64,000 bases of DNA from Polyangiales bacterium. Its GTDB lineage: Bacteria > Myxococcota_A > Polyangia > Polyangiales > Polyangiaceae. Below are positions 11,026 to 20,467 of this stretch, in pieces (the stretch's first letter is position 1; each line of letters opens with the position of its first letter). The DNA is taken from positions 157,926 through 221,925 of the forward strand of contig JBBRNJ010000003.1 of NCBI GenBank assembly GCA_038230375.1, in the 5' to 3' direction. The position numbers and the translations under genes were made by a program. Below the pieces are notes generated by a model, which was not told the origin of the DNA, searched no databases, and worked only from the letters and a program-made list of their open reading frames with translations.

Positions 11026-12678
11026 ATGACCTGTCGCCCTGGCATCCTTGCTTCCATCGCCGTGCTGGTCCCCGTGCTGGTCGTCACGGCGTGCGTGGGC
11101 GATTCGACCGTCGGCAATGACACCACGGCCGCCACCGACGGCGGAGACGGCGCAGCGGCAGATGGGGGAACCAAACCCGGAGCGACGAAGTGCAGCGCCA
11201 CCACCCCCTGCGCTGCGGGCGGTGCATGTGTGGACGGCTACTGCTGCGACACCGCATGCACCGGCGTCTGTGAGGCGTGCAATGTGCCTGGGTCGGAAGG
11301 CAAGTGCGCTGCCGCCAGCGGCAAACCTGCGCATGGCGCATGCGGTGGCGATGCCACCGGTGCCTGCGCCGGCACCTGCGATGGCAAGACGCGTGCAGCA
11401 TGCATCTATCCGGCGGTGGCGTGCGGCCCCGCGGCTTCGTGCGCTGGAGGCACTGCATCGCTGGCGGCGACGTGCAATGCAGGGACTTGCCCGGCGCCCG
11501 TCACGCAGAAGTGCGCGCTTGGCTGCCTGGAGGACGGGTGCCTCGGCGTGACCCAAGTGGCCGCGGGCTACTACCACGCGTGCGCGGTGCTCACGGACAA
11601 GAAGGTTCGCTGCTGGGGCAACAATGACCAGGGCGAGACAGGGCAGGACATCAGCACGACGGTCGTGACCACCCCCACGGAGGTGCTCGGCCTCAGCAAC
11701 GTGGTGATGGTGGCCGCGACGTTCGCCACCAGCTGCGCCCTCTTCGTCGACAAGACCATCAAGTGCTGGGGCAGCAACCAGAGCGGCGAGCTGGGCAACG
11801 GTGTGGGCAGCGACAATCTCAAGACGCACTCCACGCCCACCGCCGTGGTCGGCATCAACGACGCCACCTTCCTCACGGGCAGCTCGGCCGGACACTTCTG
11901 CGCCATCGTGACCGGCGGCGCGATCAAGTGCTGGGGCAGCAACGGGTCGGGGGAGCTCGGCTCCGGCTCCGTCGTCGCGGGCATCAGCGCCACGCCCGTC
12001 ACCGTCTGCGCGCCTGGCGCCATCGCGCTGCCCTGCACGGCCGCGGCTGGCGCGACCTTCGTCGCCGGTGGTGACAACCACACGTGTGCAATCTTCGCCG
12101 GCAACCAGGTGGCCTGCTGGGGCGGCAACGGTGCTGGGCAGCTGGGGCAGCCCGCCGATGCGGCGAAGCACCCGTTCGCGGCAAACGTGACCGGGCTCAC
12201 GGCCACCTGGCTGACCGGCGGAAACCGGATCACGTGCGCGGCCTCCGCTGGCGGGGCCAGGTGCTTCGGAGCCAACGGTCAGGGGCGCCTGGGGGACGGC
12301 CAGGACGTCGGTGACAAGGCCACCCCTACCGCCGTCTGCACGAAGCAAGACTGCTCGACGCTGCTCAGCAACGTGACGCAGGTCACGACCTTCGATGAGT
12401 CCTCGTGCGGTCTCTCGGGCGGCGCCGTGCGCTGCTGGGGCTCCAACACCGGCGGGCAGCTCGGTGATGGCAACGCGTCGGCATCGCAGAACTATGCGGC
12501 CACGCAGGCCATCGCCTCCGGTGCGGTGGCCGTGGCCTCGGGTGGCGGCGCGCATTACGCCATCATCGTGGACCGTGCCAACCGCGACATCAGGTGCTGG
12601 GGCTCGGAGGGCTTCAATCAGTGCGGCGACGGCACCACCAGCGCGGCACGCACCACGCCGATCGCTCCGAAGTGGTGA
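11026..12678 (+). CDS. Cys-rich RCC1/BLIP-II repeat lipoprotein
   Basis: Lipobox VTA-C; CVDGYCCDTAC Cys-rich module; repeated H.CA.....V.CWG.N..GELG units. Confidence 0.88.
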   Translation: MTCRPGILASIAVLVPVLVVTACVGDSTVGNDTTAATDGGDGAAADGGTKPGATKCSATTPCAAGGACVDGYCCDTACTGVCEACNVPGSEGKCAAASGKPAHGACGGDATGACAGTCDGKTRAACIYPAVACGPAASCAGGTASLAATCNAGTCPAPVTQKCALGCLEDGCLGVTQVAAGYYHACAVLTDKKVRCWGNNDQGETGQDISTTVVTTPTEVLGLSNVVMVAATFATSCALFVDKTIKCWGSNQSGELGNGVGSDNLKTHSTPTAVVGINDATFLTGSSAGHFCAIVTGGAIKCWGSNGSGELGSGSVVAGISATPVTVCAPGAIALPCTAAAGATFVAGGDNHTCAIFAGNQVACWGGNGAGQLGQPADAAKHPFAANVTGLTATWLTGGNRITCAASAGGARCFGANGQGRLGDGQDVGDKATPTAVCTKQDCSTLLSNVTQVTTFDESSCGLSGGAVRCWGSNTGGQLGDGNASASQNYAATQAIASGAVAVASGGGAHYAIIVDRANRDIRCWGSEGFNQCGDGTTSAARTTPIAPKW

Positions 12679-12726
12679 GCCACGACGCGGCCGCGCGCTG
12701 GATCGCCCAGCGCCCGCCCGTCGTGT

Positions 12727-12990
12727 TCAGAGTCCCAGCGCTGTGAGGCCGGGATGGTCGTCTGGTCTGCGGCCGAGAGGCCAGCGAAAGAGCCGCGCCG
12801 ACTCGTCGATCGCTACGTCGTTGATGCTGGCCTCTCTTCGGCGCATGAGGCCGTGCTCGTCGAACTCCCACTGCTCGTTCCCGTGGGACCACCACCATGC
12901 GCCCTTCTCGTCGCGCGACTCGTAGACGAAGCGCACCGCGATCTGCGCGGCGGACTCGACCGTGAACGGCGGTAGCGGTGGACGATCCAT
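12727..12990 (-). pseudogene. DUF1348 (NTF2-like) family gene with an in-frame internal deletion
   Basis: Both family termini are present ([12 protein letters not shown] and IAVRF.YE...GNE.WEFD..GLM.RR.ASIND...[13 protein letters not shown]). The central AEDAWN...WRNR...YRLIKELWAF block is missing; only 87 aa. Confidence 0.75.
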
Positions 12991-13010
12991 GGCATTCCTC
13001 TCTGTCTCTC

Positions 13011-13571
13011 TCACGCAGCGACGGTGCTCGCCTTGTGGGTCACGACAGGGAAGTCGATCTCCGTCTGCGCGACCGTGTTCACGTAGTTCGTCAGGGTGTT
13101 GAGCGCGACGTGGAGGATGATCTCCACGACCTGCGCGTCATTGTAGCCCGCCGCCTTCACCGCGGTGACGTCGGCGTCGCTGACGTGACCACGCGCGCGG
13201 ATCACGGTGGCGGCGAACTGGAGCGCGGCCTCGGCCTTGGCGTCGTCGGAGTGCGCATCCCGGTTCGCCGTGAGCTCCGTGTCCGAGAGCTTCGTCGCGT
13301 TCTTGCCCAGGTACGTGTGTGCCGACAAACAGTAGTCGCAGCCGTTCTGCTCCGCGATGACCATCGCCAGGCGCGCACGCGTGCGGGCGTCGAGCTGGCC
13401 CTTCCCGAGCGCGCCAGAGAGGCCAAGGTAGCCCTCGAGCGCCGCGGGGCTCTGACCCAGGAGGCGGAAGAGGTTCGGAGCGACACCGAGCTGCTTCTTC
13501 ACGGCCTCGAGCATGGGCTGCGAGGCTGCGGGGGATGCGTCGATCGTGGCGGGGGTCTGGATGCGTGACAT
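13011..13571 (-). CDS. AhpD-like / carboxymuconolactone decarboxylase family peroxidase-related protein
   Basis: MSRI...LGVAPNLF...[15 protein letters not shown]xxC motif; [24 protein letters not shown]. Confidence 0.9.
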   Translation of the reverse strand: MSRIQTPATIDASPAASQPMLEAVKKQLGVAPNLFRLLGQSPAALEGYLGLSGALGKGQLDARTRARLAMVIAEQNGCDYCLSAHTYLGKNATKLSDTELTANRDAHSDDAKAEAALQFAATVIRARGHVSDADVTAVKAAGYNDAQVVEIILHVALNTLTNYVNTVAQTEIDFPVVTHKASTVAA

Positions 13572-13674
13572 GGGACTCTCCTCTGGATTCGTCGGAGCGG
13601 CGCATGTGCCGTCCGTCGTGGAGAGGAAGATGCGCCGTTGTGATTGAAACAACAATGGGACGGATTGACACTTC

Positions 13675-13697
13675 ACCGTTGCGTGATGTGCAATGGT
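13675..13697. promoter_or_regulatory. Probable LysR-type operator (dyad with T-N11-A core)
   Basis: ACCgTTGC-GTGATGT-GCAAtGGT dyad between the divergent AhpD-like and LysR genes; TTGACA at 13665-13670. Confidence 0.6.
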
Positions 13698-13700
13698 CGT

Positions 13701-14600
13701 ATGGACCGTCTGGAAGCCATGGGTGTCTTCGTCTCCGTCGCCGAGCTCCGCGGATTCGCGCCCGCCGCTCGGCGCCTCTCTCTTTCGCCGTCGGCGGTGA
13801 CGCGGCTCGTCGCCGGACTGGAGGAACACCTGGGGGCGCGGCTCCTCCAGCGCACGACGCGCTCCGTCACGCTCACGGATGCAGGCTCGCGTTTCCTGAT
13901 GCGCGCGCGCCGCATCCTGGCCGACGTGGCCGAGGCGGAGGGCGCCGCGCAGGCAGAGCGCACCGTCCCGAACGGGCGCTTCGTGCTCACCGCGCCGGGG
14001 ATGTTCGGAAGGCTTCACGTGGCAAAGGCGATGTGCGGCTACCTCGCCAGGTACCCGGCCGTGCAAGGCGAGCTCCTGCTCGGCGATCGGATGTCGAACC
14101 TGGTGGACGAAGGGATTGACGCCGCCGTGCGCATCGGCGCGCTGGACGACTCGTCGCTCGTCGCGCGCAACGTCGGCGCCACGCGTCGCGTGCTGGTCGC
14201 ATCTCCCGCGTATCTCGCGAAGAGGAAGCGCCCGCGTTCGCCCGAGGCACTCGCGAGCCACGACACCATCCTCTGCACCGCGCTCACGCCCACGGCCGAG
14301 TGGCGCTTCTTCCGCGGCGACGAGGAGACGCGCGTCGCGATCACGCCGCGGTTCGTCACGAACAGCGCGGACGCGGCGCTTGGACACGCCGTCCTCGGCG
14401 GCGGCATCACCCTCGTGCTCGCATACCAGGCCGCAGAGGCCGTGAAGAAGGGCGCGCTGAAGGTCCTCTTGCCAGAGCATGAGCCGCCCCCGCTCCCGAT
14501 CCATGTGGTCTACCCGAGCTCGCGCCTGCTCTCGGCGAAGGTGCGGGCATTCGTCGACCTCGTGACCGCCACCTGCGACTGGCGCTTCACTGCGCTATGA
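13701..14600 (+). CDS. LysR family transcriptional regulator (CrgA/DmlR-like)
   Basis: MDRLEAM..F..VAE..GF..AARRL.LS...VTR....LE..LG.RLLQRTTRSV.LT HTH; LVDEGIDAAVRIG; KVRAFVD. Confidence 0.95.
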   Translation: MDRLEAMGVFVSVAELRGFAPAARRLSLSPSAVTRLVAGLEEHLGARLLQRTTRSVTLTDAGSRFLMRARRILADVAEAEGAAQAERTVPNGRFVLTAPGMFGRLHVAKAMCGYLARYPAVQGELLLGDRMSNLVDEGIDAAVRIGALDDSSLVARNVGATRRVLVASPAYLAKRKRPRSPEALASHDTILCTALTPTAEWRFFRGDEETRVAITPRFVTNSADAALGHAVLGGGITLVLAYQAAEAVKKGALKVLLPEHEPPPLPIHVVYPSSRLLSAKVRAFVDLVTATCDWRFTAL

Positions 14601-14618
14601 GCGGTGGTAGAAGAGGGC

Positions 14619-15209
14619 ATGGCCTCCAAGAAAAAGACGAGCGCGAAGACCGCGCCGAAGAAGACCGCGCCGAAGAAGACCGCGAAGGCCGCGAAGAAAG
14701 CCTCGACCGCGGCGCAGAGGCAACTCGTACGGCTCGTAGCGCGAGTCTCGAGCGTGAAGAACGCGACGACGTTCTGTGACGAGCTGTTCGTCGCGCTCGC
14801 AGAGCGCATCTCCGAGCTCGACGCCGCCGACGAGGTGGTCCTCTACTACCTGGGCACGCAGCTCCTCGAGCACGAGGTGTCGAAGGGTGGCTTTGCGCAG
14901 GCCTTCATCAACCTGGGCGCGGACTCGCAGTTCATCGAATGGGCGCGCGATGGCTACGAGGCGCTCGCGAAGCCGAAGGCAGCAGCGATCCTGAAGGAGG
15001 CGCTCGCGCTCGCGAAGAAGGACGCGGCGAGGCTGCGCGAGGTCGCGAAGGCGGCGAAGACGGCGCGCGGCGTGGATGCATACATCGCGTATCGGCAGCT
15101 CGGCACGTTCTCGGCGCTCGAGGACCGCGCGGACACGGACATGTTCATCTCGAGCAAGGCGCGTCTCGCGCTCGTCAGGAAGTACCAGGCGCATTTTGCA
15201 GCGCTCTGA
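14619..15209 (+). CDS. DUF4375/DMP19-like protein with a Lys/Ala-rich N-terminal tail
   Basis: LEHEVSKGGFAQAFIN...YEAL....AAAILKEA resembles the EV.NGGF.QYF.N motif; N-term (TAPKK) repeats. Confidence 0.55.
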   Translation: MASKKKTSAKTAPKKTAPKKTAKAAKKASTAAQRQLVRLVARVSSVKNATTFCDELFVALAERISELDAADEVVLYYLGTQLLEHEVSKGGFAQAFINLGADSQFIEWARDGYEALAKPKAAAILKEALALAKKDAARLREVAKAAKTARGVDAYIAYRQLGTFSALEDRADTDMFISSKARLALVRKYQAHFAAL

Positions 15210-15750
15210 CTATCCCCCGCATGGTCCTCCGCACCAGCCGCCGCCGCGGAGCAGTGGTGGGTCGACGTGGATCATCGTCGCCATCGTGGCCATTCCCGCG
15301 CTCATCGCGTTCATCGGAATCCTGGCGGTGCTCGCCATCTTCGGCGTGCGGAAGTACATCGCGGCCGCGAAGCAGGTGGAGGCACGCAACTCCATGGGGA
15401 CCATCGGCATGCGCGCCGCGGCCGCCTACGAGCGCGACCGAAAGCTCTGCGCCTCTGCTTCGGCGCCCGTGCCCGAGGGCGTGCCCCACGGCATGAAGTT
15501 CCAGAGCGCGGCCACGGACTGGACGCGTGATGAAGGCCTGAAAGCCGGGTTTTCCTGCCTCCAGTTCGAGATGTCGATGCCGCAGTACTACCAGTACAAC
15601 TACCAATCCACGGGTAGCTCCTTCATCGCAAGCGCACGCGGAGATCTGAACGCCGACAACAACGTGAGCCTCTTCCAGCTACGCGGCGACGTGGTCGGAG
15701 ACGCGGTGCAGGTGGCCTCCTCCATCGAAGAGACGAGCCCTGAAGAGTGA
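15196..15750 (+). CDS. Type IV pilin-like protein without a prepilin cleavage site
   Basis: GILAVLAIFGVRKYIAAAKQVEARNSMG helix, two Cys, YYQYNY, ARGDLNAD. Preceded by a Pro-rich segment and a TM helix instead of GFTLIE. Start uncertain (TTG at 15196). Confidence 0.65.
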   Translation: MQRSDYPPHGPPHQPPPRSSGGSTWIIVAIVAIPALIAFIGILAVLAIFGVRKYIAAAKQVEARNSMGTIGMRAAAAYERDRKLCASASAPVPEGVPHGMKFQSAATDWTRDEGLKAGFSCLQFEMSMPQYYQYNYQSTGSSFIASARGDLNADNNVSLFQLRGDVVGDAVQVASSIEETSPEE

Positions 15751-15808
15751 GCCGGAATGACCGGCAGCGCTTGAGCAATCCAGCGCCGCCGACGTATGCT
15801 GCGCAGAG

Positions 15809-17515
15809 GTGAAGTCGTCCGCGCAATCGGGGAGGAGACAGGTCGTCGCGCTCATGGTGTCGGCGCTCGTCCTGGTGGCGCTCGCCGGGTGTGAGTCGTT
15901 GCTCGGCATCGGTGATCTCCCGGGGGCCGTCGCGGATGGCAGCGCCGACGTCGGGCAGCACGACGCCACGGCGGACGGGACGCTGCCCGATATGACCGAC
16001 GCCAGCGCCGACGCGGACACGGGCGTCGCCGTGGACACGGGCGCTCCAGATGCCGCGGGCGTCGGGCTCGAGGCCTACGTGAAGGCACCGAACACCGCGA
16101 CCGCCGGGCTCGCCGGGAGCTTCGGCCAGTCGGTCTCGCTCTCGGGCGACGGCAACACGCTCGTCGTCGGCGCCACGGGAGAGTCCAGCAACGGCTCGGC
16201 CGACACCGACACGTCCGCGAACGGCGCGGGTGCTGCGTACGTCTACACGCGCAGCGGGACCACGTGGTCGTTCTCCGCATACCTCAAGGCGGCGAACGCG
16301 CGCGCGGGCGCACACTTCGGTCAGGTCGTCTCCGTCTCCATGGACGGCACGCTCATCGCCGTCGCGTCGCCGGACGAATCGAGCGCAGCGACAGGCGTGG
16401 GCGGCAACGCGGGCGACACCACCGCCCCGGGCGCAGGCGCGGTCTACGTGTTCCAGAAGTCCGGAGCCACCTGGTCGCAGACGCAGTACATCAAGGCATC
16501 CAACACGCGTGCGGGCGGCAACTTCGGCGGGGCGATGGCGTTCTCGCCGGACGGCTTCACGCTCGCTGTCGGCTCGTACACGGAGCCGAGCGCGGCAAAG
16601 GGAATCAACGGCAACCAGGCCGACAAGACCGCAGCGAACGCGGGCGCCGTCTACGTGTTCGGCACAGTGGTGAAGGGCACGGGGTTCACGCAGCAGGCAT
16701 ACGTGAAGGCCTCCAACACGTCGGCGGGCGCGCAGTTCGCCGCCGTGTCGCTCTCCAGCGACGGCAACGAGCTCGCGGTGGGCGCGTTCGGTGATCCCAG
16801 CGCCGCCATGGGCATCAACGGCAACCAGGCCGACACGAGCGCGTCGTACGCTGGAGCGGTCTACATCTTCACGCGCGCCGCCGGCAACGTGTGGTCGCAG
16901 TCCACGTTCATCAAGGCGTCGAACACGCGCGGCAGTGCGTACTTCGGCTTCGCCGTCTCGCTCTCGGCGGTGGGCGACAAGCTCGCGGTCGGCTCGCACG
17001 GCGAGTCTTGCGCGAACGCGGGTGTCGGCGCGAACCAGACCGACAGCACTGCTCCACAAGCAGGTGCAGTCTACACGTTTTCGCGCGCAGGCGGCGCGTG
17101 GTCGCAAGACGCCTATCTCAAGCCACAGAACCCGCACACCACAGCGCACTTCGGCTGGGGCGTGGCCATGGCGCCTGACGGCAACTCGCTGCTCGTGGGC
17201 TCGGAGCAAGAGCTCTCTGGCGCTCCTGGCGTGAACGCGCCCGACGCGTCGGATATCTCCAGCCCCAACACGGGCGCGGCGTACTTCTTCACGCGCACGC
17301 CCGGTGTGGTGTGGACGCAGCGTGACTATCTGAAGGCCACGAACGCGCGGAAGGATGCGCAGTTCGGCTATGCGGTGGCCACGGACAGCCATGCGTTCAC
17401 GCTGGCCGTTGGCTCGCTCGGGGAGTCCAGTCGCGCCACGGGTATCAACAGCGTGGCGCCAGGCCCGGACGACACCACGGCCCCGAACGCGGGTGCCGCG
17501 TACGTGTACCGATGA
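15809..17515 (+). CDS. FG-GAP/integrin-alpha-like beta-propeller lipoprotein
   Basis: Lipobox LAG-CESLLGI; repeated Y.KASNT....FG..VSLS.DG..LAVG...E.S...G...AGAVYVF units. Confidence 0.88.
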   Translation: MKSSAQSGRRQVVALMVSALVLVALAGCESLLGIGDLPGAVADGSADVGQHDATADGTLPDMTDASADADTGVAVDTGAPDAAGVGLEAYVKAPNTATAGLAGSFGQSVSLSGDGNTLVVGATGESSNGSADTDTSANGAGAAYVYTRSGTTWSFSAYLKAANARAGAHFGQVVSVSMDGTLIAVASPDESSAATGVGGNAGDTTAPGAGAVYVFQKSGATWSQTQYIKASNTRAGGNFGGAMAFSPDGFTLAVGSYTEPSAAKGINGNQADKTAANAGAVYVFGTVVKGTGFTQQAYVKASNTSAGAQFAAVSLSSDGNELAVGAFGDPSAAMGINGNQADTSASYAGAVYIFTRAAGNVWSQSTFIKASNTRGSAYFGFAVSLSAVGDKLAVGSHGESCANAGVGANQTDSTAPQAGAVYTFSRAGGAWSQDAYLKPQNPHTTAHFGWGVAMAPDGNSLLVGSEQELSGAPGVNAPDASDISSPNTGAAYFFTRTPGVVWTQRDYLKATNARKDAQFGYAVATDSHAFTLAVGSLGESSRATGINSVAPGPDDTTAPNAGAAYVYR

Positions 17516-19167
17516 GCACCGGCACCGGACCTCTGGAGGAGCCCATCGCGGAGTCCACGCGGCGGGCGCTCGCGCGCATCGGCACCACGCTCCGCGGCAA
17601 GTACACGCTCGACGGGCTCCTGGGTGAGGGCGGGATGGCGGTCGTGTTCTCCGCCACGCACCGCAACAAGAAGCGCTTCGCGGTGAAGATGCTCTACCCC
17701 GAGGTCTCCATCTACGACGACATCCGCGCGCGCTTCCTGAAGGAAGGGTATGTCGCGAACACGGTCGCGCATCCCGGCGTCGTACAGGTGCTCGACGACG
17801 ACGTCGCGGAGGACGGCTCCGCATTCCTGGTCATGGAGCTGCTGGAGGGCGCAACGGCCGGAGCGCTTGCGGAGGGGAATGACGGCCGCCTGGACGTGCG
17901 GACGGTGCTGACCATCGCGCACGAGCTCCTGGACGCGCTCTCCGCCGCGCACGACAAGGGGATCGTCCACCGCGACCTGAAGCCCGCGAACATCTTCATC
18001 ACCTCCGAAGGCACGTTGAAGGTGCTTGATTTTGGCATCGCGCGCATCCGCGAGGCCGCGAAGCAGAGCGGCGACAGCTCCACTGCGACCGGCGTGATGA
18101 TGGGCACGCCCGCGTACATGCCGCCCGAGCAGGCGATGGGAAAGTCGAACGAGGTCGACGCGCGCACGGACCTCTGGGCCGTGGGCGCCACCATGTTCAA
18201 CATGATGTCGGGTCGCAACGTCCACGAGGGCGAGAACCCGACGCTGACGATGATCGCCTCGGCCACGCAGCAGGCGCGGTCGATCTCCTCGCTGCTCCCC
18301 AACTTGCCACACGACATCGCGTTCATCATCGACAAGGCGACCGCCTTCGACAAGGCGCTGCGCTGGCAGACCGCGAAGGAGATGCAGGAGGCGATCGCCA
18401 AGCTCCACCAGGAGAAGTTCGGTGAGCCCGTGTCGGAGGCAACGCTCGAGGACGTCTGCCGGCGCACGACGATCAAGAAGCCGCCCACGGGTACCGTCGT
18501 GATCGCACGAACGCCTGCGAACGTGACGCCCGTTGGCTCTGGCGATCTTCCGGCTTTTGCTGCCGCCGCCAGCTCGGACGACGCATTCGGCAAGTTCGGC
18601 GCGTCTGGCGCGTTCGGCGAGTCCCGCATGTCCGACGCCAACCCCAGAGTGAAGACGGTGGTGTCCCCGCCCACGCCGCTTCCTTCAACGTCACCCGCGT
18701 CACCCGCGTTCATGGACGGGACCGGTGTTCCCGTCGCCACGGCGGAGACCACAGACGTGTCCGCCTTCGATCGCAAGCCTGCCGGCCGCAAGCTGTGGAT
18801 GTTCGCTCCACTGTTTCTGTTGCCCCTCGCTCTTGGAGTCGGTGTTGCCGCTCTGGTGTACCGACCTCAGGTGAAGGACGCCACCGAGGAGAAGGCATTG
18901 CCATCCACGCAGCCAACCGGCATCGGCAGCGTCGCGAGCGCGCCGTCATCCGCTCCCACGCCCGTGCTCAGCGCGCCCGCTCCCTCCGCGCCGCCCGCCG
19001 CGAACGTTGCGGCCAGTGCACCGTCTGTCGCAGGCGTCGTCGCGGCCCAGGTCGCGAAGAAGCCGTTGCCACAGCCGTCCGCCTCCGCCCCGAAGAAGCC
19101 AAGCTGCGATCCACCGTACTGGGTTGACTCGAGCGGAAAACACTACAAGCCGGAGTGCTTCCAATGA
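17512..19167 (+). CDS. Membrane Ser/Thr protein kinase with C-terminal CDPPY..C motif
   Basis: GEGGMA, FAVK, HRDLKPAN, DFG, GTPAYMPPE; TM helix; ends SCDPPYWVDSSGKHYKPECFQ; ATGA overlap with the upstream gene. Confidence 0.95.
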   Translation: MSTGTGPLEEPIAESTRRALARIGTTLRGKYTLDGLLGEGGMAVVFSATHRNKKRFAVKMLYPEVSIYDDIRARFLKEGYVANTVAHPGVVQVLDDDVAEDGSAFLVMELLEGATAGALAEGNDGRLDVRTVLTIAHELLDALSAAHDKGIVHRDLKPANIFITSEGTLKVLDFGIARIREAAKQSGDSSTATGVMMGTPAYMPPEQAMGKSNEVDARTDLWAVGATMFNMMSGRNVHEGENPTLTMIASATQQARSISSLLPNLPHDIAFIIDKATAFDKALRWQTAKEMQEAIAKLHQEKFGEPVSEATLEDVCRRTTIKKPPTGTVVIARTPANVTPVGSGDLPAFAAAASSDDAFGKFGASGAFGESRMSDANPRVKTVVSPPTPLPSTSPASPAFMDGTGVPVATAETTDVSAFDRKPAGRKLWMFAPLFLLPLALGVGVAALVYRPQVKDATEEKALPSTQPTGIGSVASAPSSAPTPVLSAPAPSAPPAANVAASAPSVAGVVAAQVAKKPLPQPSASAPKKPSCDPPYWVDSSGKHYKPECFQ

Positions 19168-20057
19168 AGATGCGGATCCGCGACAGCAAGGCCTCTCGCG
19201 CCGCGCTCTCTGCGATCGTCGCGGCGACGCTGTTCTCCACGCTCCCTGCGTTTGCGGCGGACGCGAAGACGTGCGCGGAGTCGTTCGACAAGGGTCAGGC
19301 CCTCCGTCGCGAGAACAAGCTCAGGGCGGCGAGAGAGGCGCTGCTCGAGTGCTCCACCCAGGCCTGTCCCTCCATGATGATGAAGGACTGCAGCGATCTC
19401 TTGCTCGAGATCGAACAGTCCATGCCGTCGATCGTGGTGACGGCGAAGGACGCGAGCGGCATGGATGCAATCGCCGTGAAGGTCATCGCCGACGGTGTGG
19501 TGCTTGCCACGTCGCTCGACGGCAAGGCGCTCGTCCTGGATCCTGGTGTTCACACCATGCGCTTCGAGATGACTGGTGCCACGCCGATCGAGCGTCAGGT
19601 GGTCGTGCGCGAAGGCCAGAAGGCGCAGCCCGTGCAGATCGCGCTCGACGCGAACCCTCCAAAGCCACCGCCGGGAGATCCCACGCAGACACCCACACAG
19701 GGCGGCGAGCAGGTACCGCCTCCCGAGTCCAGAAGCAGCAGCATGAAGTGGGCGGGCCTGGGTCTGATGGGCGTGGGCGTGGTGTCGGTTGGCCTGGGTT
19801 CCGTGTTCGGGCTGGTCGCAGGCGGGAAGTGGTCGGACGCGAAGGATCAGTGCGGACTGGGCTGCGGTCCGGGCTCTTCTGCATACGACTCACGCAGCGC
19901 GGCGCGCACGGACGCGACCATCTCCACGGTGGCGTTCGTGGCAGGCAGCCTGCTGGTGGCCGGCGGCGCAACGCTCTGGCTGCTGGCCCCGAAAGAGAAC
20001 GCGAAGGTCGCCGTCTCCATCGCCCCGAACGGGCTCCTCCTTCACGGCGCTTTCTGA
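19164..20057 (+). CDS. Exported 4-Cys TPR-like/PEGA-like protein with hydrophobic C-terminal hairpin ending in Phe
   Basis: Signal peptide; CAESFDKGQALRRENKL..ARE.LLECS...CP....KDC; LDPGVHT PEGA-like segment; ends GLLLHGAF; ATGA overlap with the kinase stop. Confidence 0.8.
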   Translation: MKMRIRDSKASRAALSAIVAATLFSTLPAFAADAKTCAESFDKGQALRRENKLRAAREALLECSTQACPSMMMKDCSDLLLEIEQSMPSIVVTAKDASGMDAIAVKVIADGVVLATSLDGKALVLDPGVHTMRFEMTGATPIERQVVVREGQKAQPVQIALDANPPKPPPGDPTQTPTQGGEQVPPPESRSSSMKWAGLGLMGVGVVSVGLGSVFGLVAGGKWSDAKDQCGLGCGPGSSAYDSRSAARTDATISTVAFVAGSLLVAGGATLWLLAPKENAKVAVSIAPNGLLLHGAF

Positions 20058-20070
20058 GCGAGAATTTAGG

Positions 20071-20460
20071 CTAGTCGGTCGCGCCGCCGGGGAGCTGCGG
20101 CTTCACACGGATCGTCTTCTCGTTCTCGATCTCCACGAGGCCTGCAGGAGCGCCGCGCGGCTTGCTGACTGCGCCGGCGTTGCAGTAGTCCACGTCGACC
20201 TTCGCGGCGCCGCGCGACTTCGAGTACCACGCCGTGATCTCCGCCGCGGTCTGCAGCACGGCCTTCGGCACGTCGCCCTTGCTTGGGTTTCGCACCACCA
20301 CATGGCTGCCGGGCGTGCCTCCACCCACGTGCATCCAGATGTCGTGCGGCTCGGCCACGTTGAACGTGAGGTCGTCATTCTCGTCGCTGCCGCGCCCCAC
20401 GAGGACCTCCCATCCGTCGACGAGCATCGTGCGATACGGCTTTCCCTTGCTGGCCATCAT
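20071..20460 (-). CDS. Stand-alone NFACT RNA-binding domain protein (DUF814)
   Basis: VLVGR...END.LTF....DIWMH...PGSHVV...AA...AWYSK......VDY......KP.GA..GLV. Confidence 0.88.
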   Translation of the reverse strand: MMASKGKPYRTMLVDGWEVLVGRGSDENDDLTFNVAEPHDIWMHVGGGTPGSHVVVRNPSKGDVPKAVLQTAAEITAWYSKSRGAAKVDVDYCNAGAVSKPRGAPAGLVEIENEKTIRVKPQLPGGATD

Positions 20461-20467
20461 TCGCTCC

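Noticed and set aside
16070..17510. Periodic repeats of about 200 bp
   Set aside because: Coding FG-GAP propeller blades.
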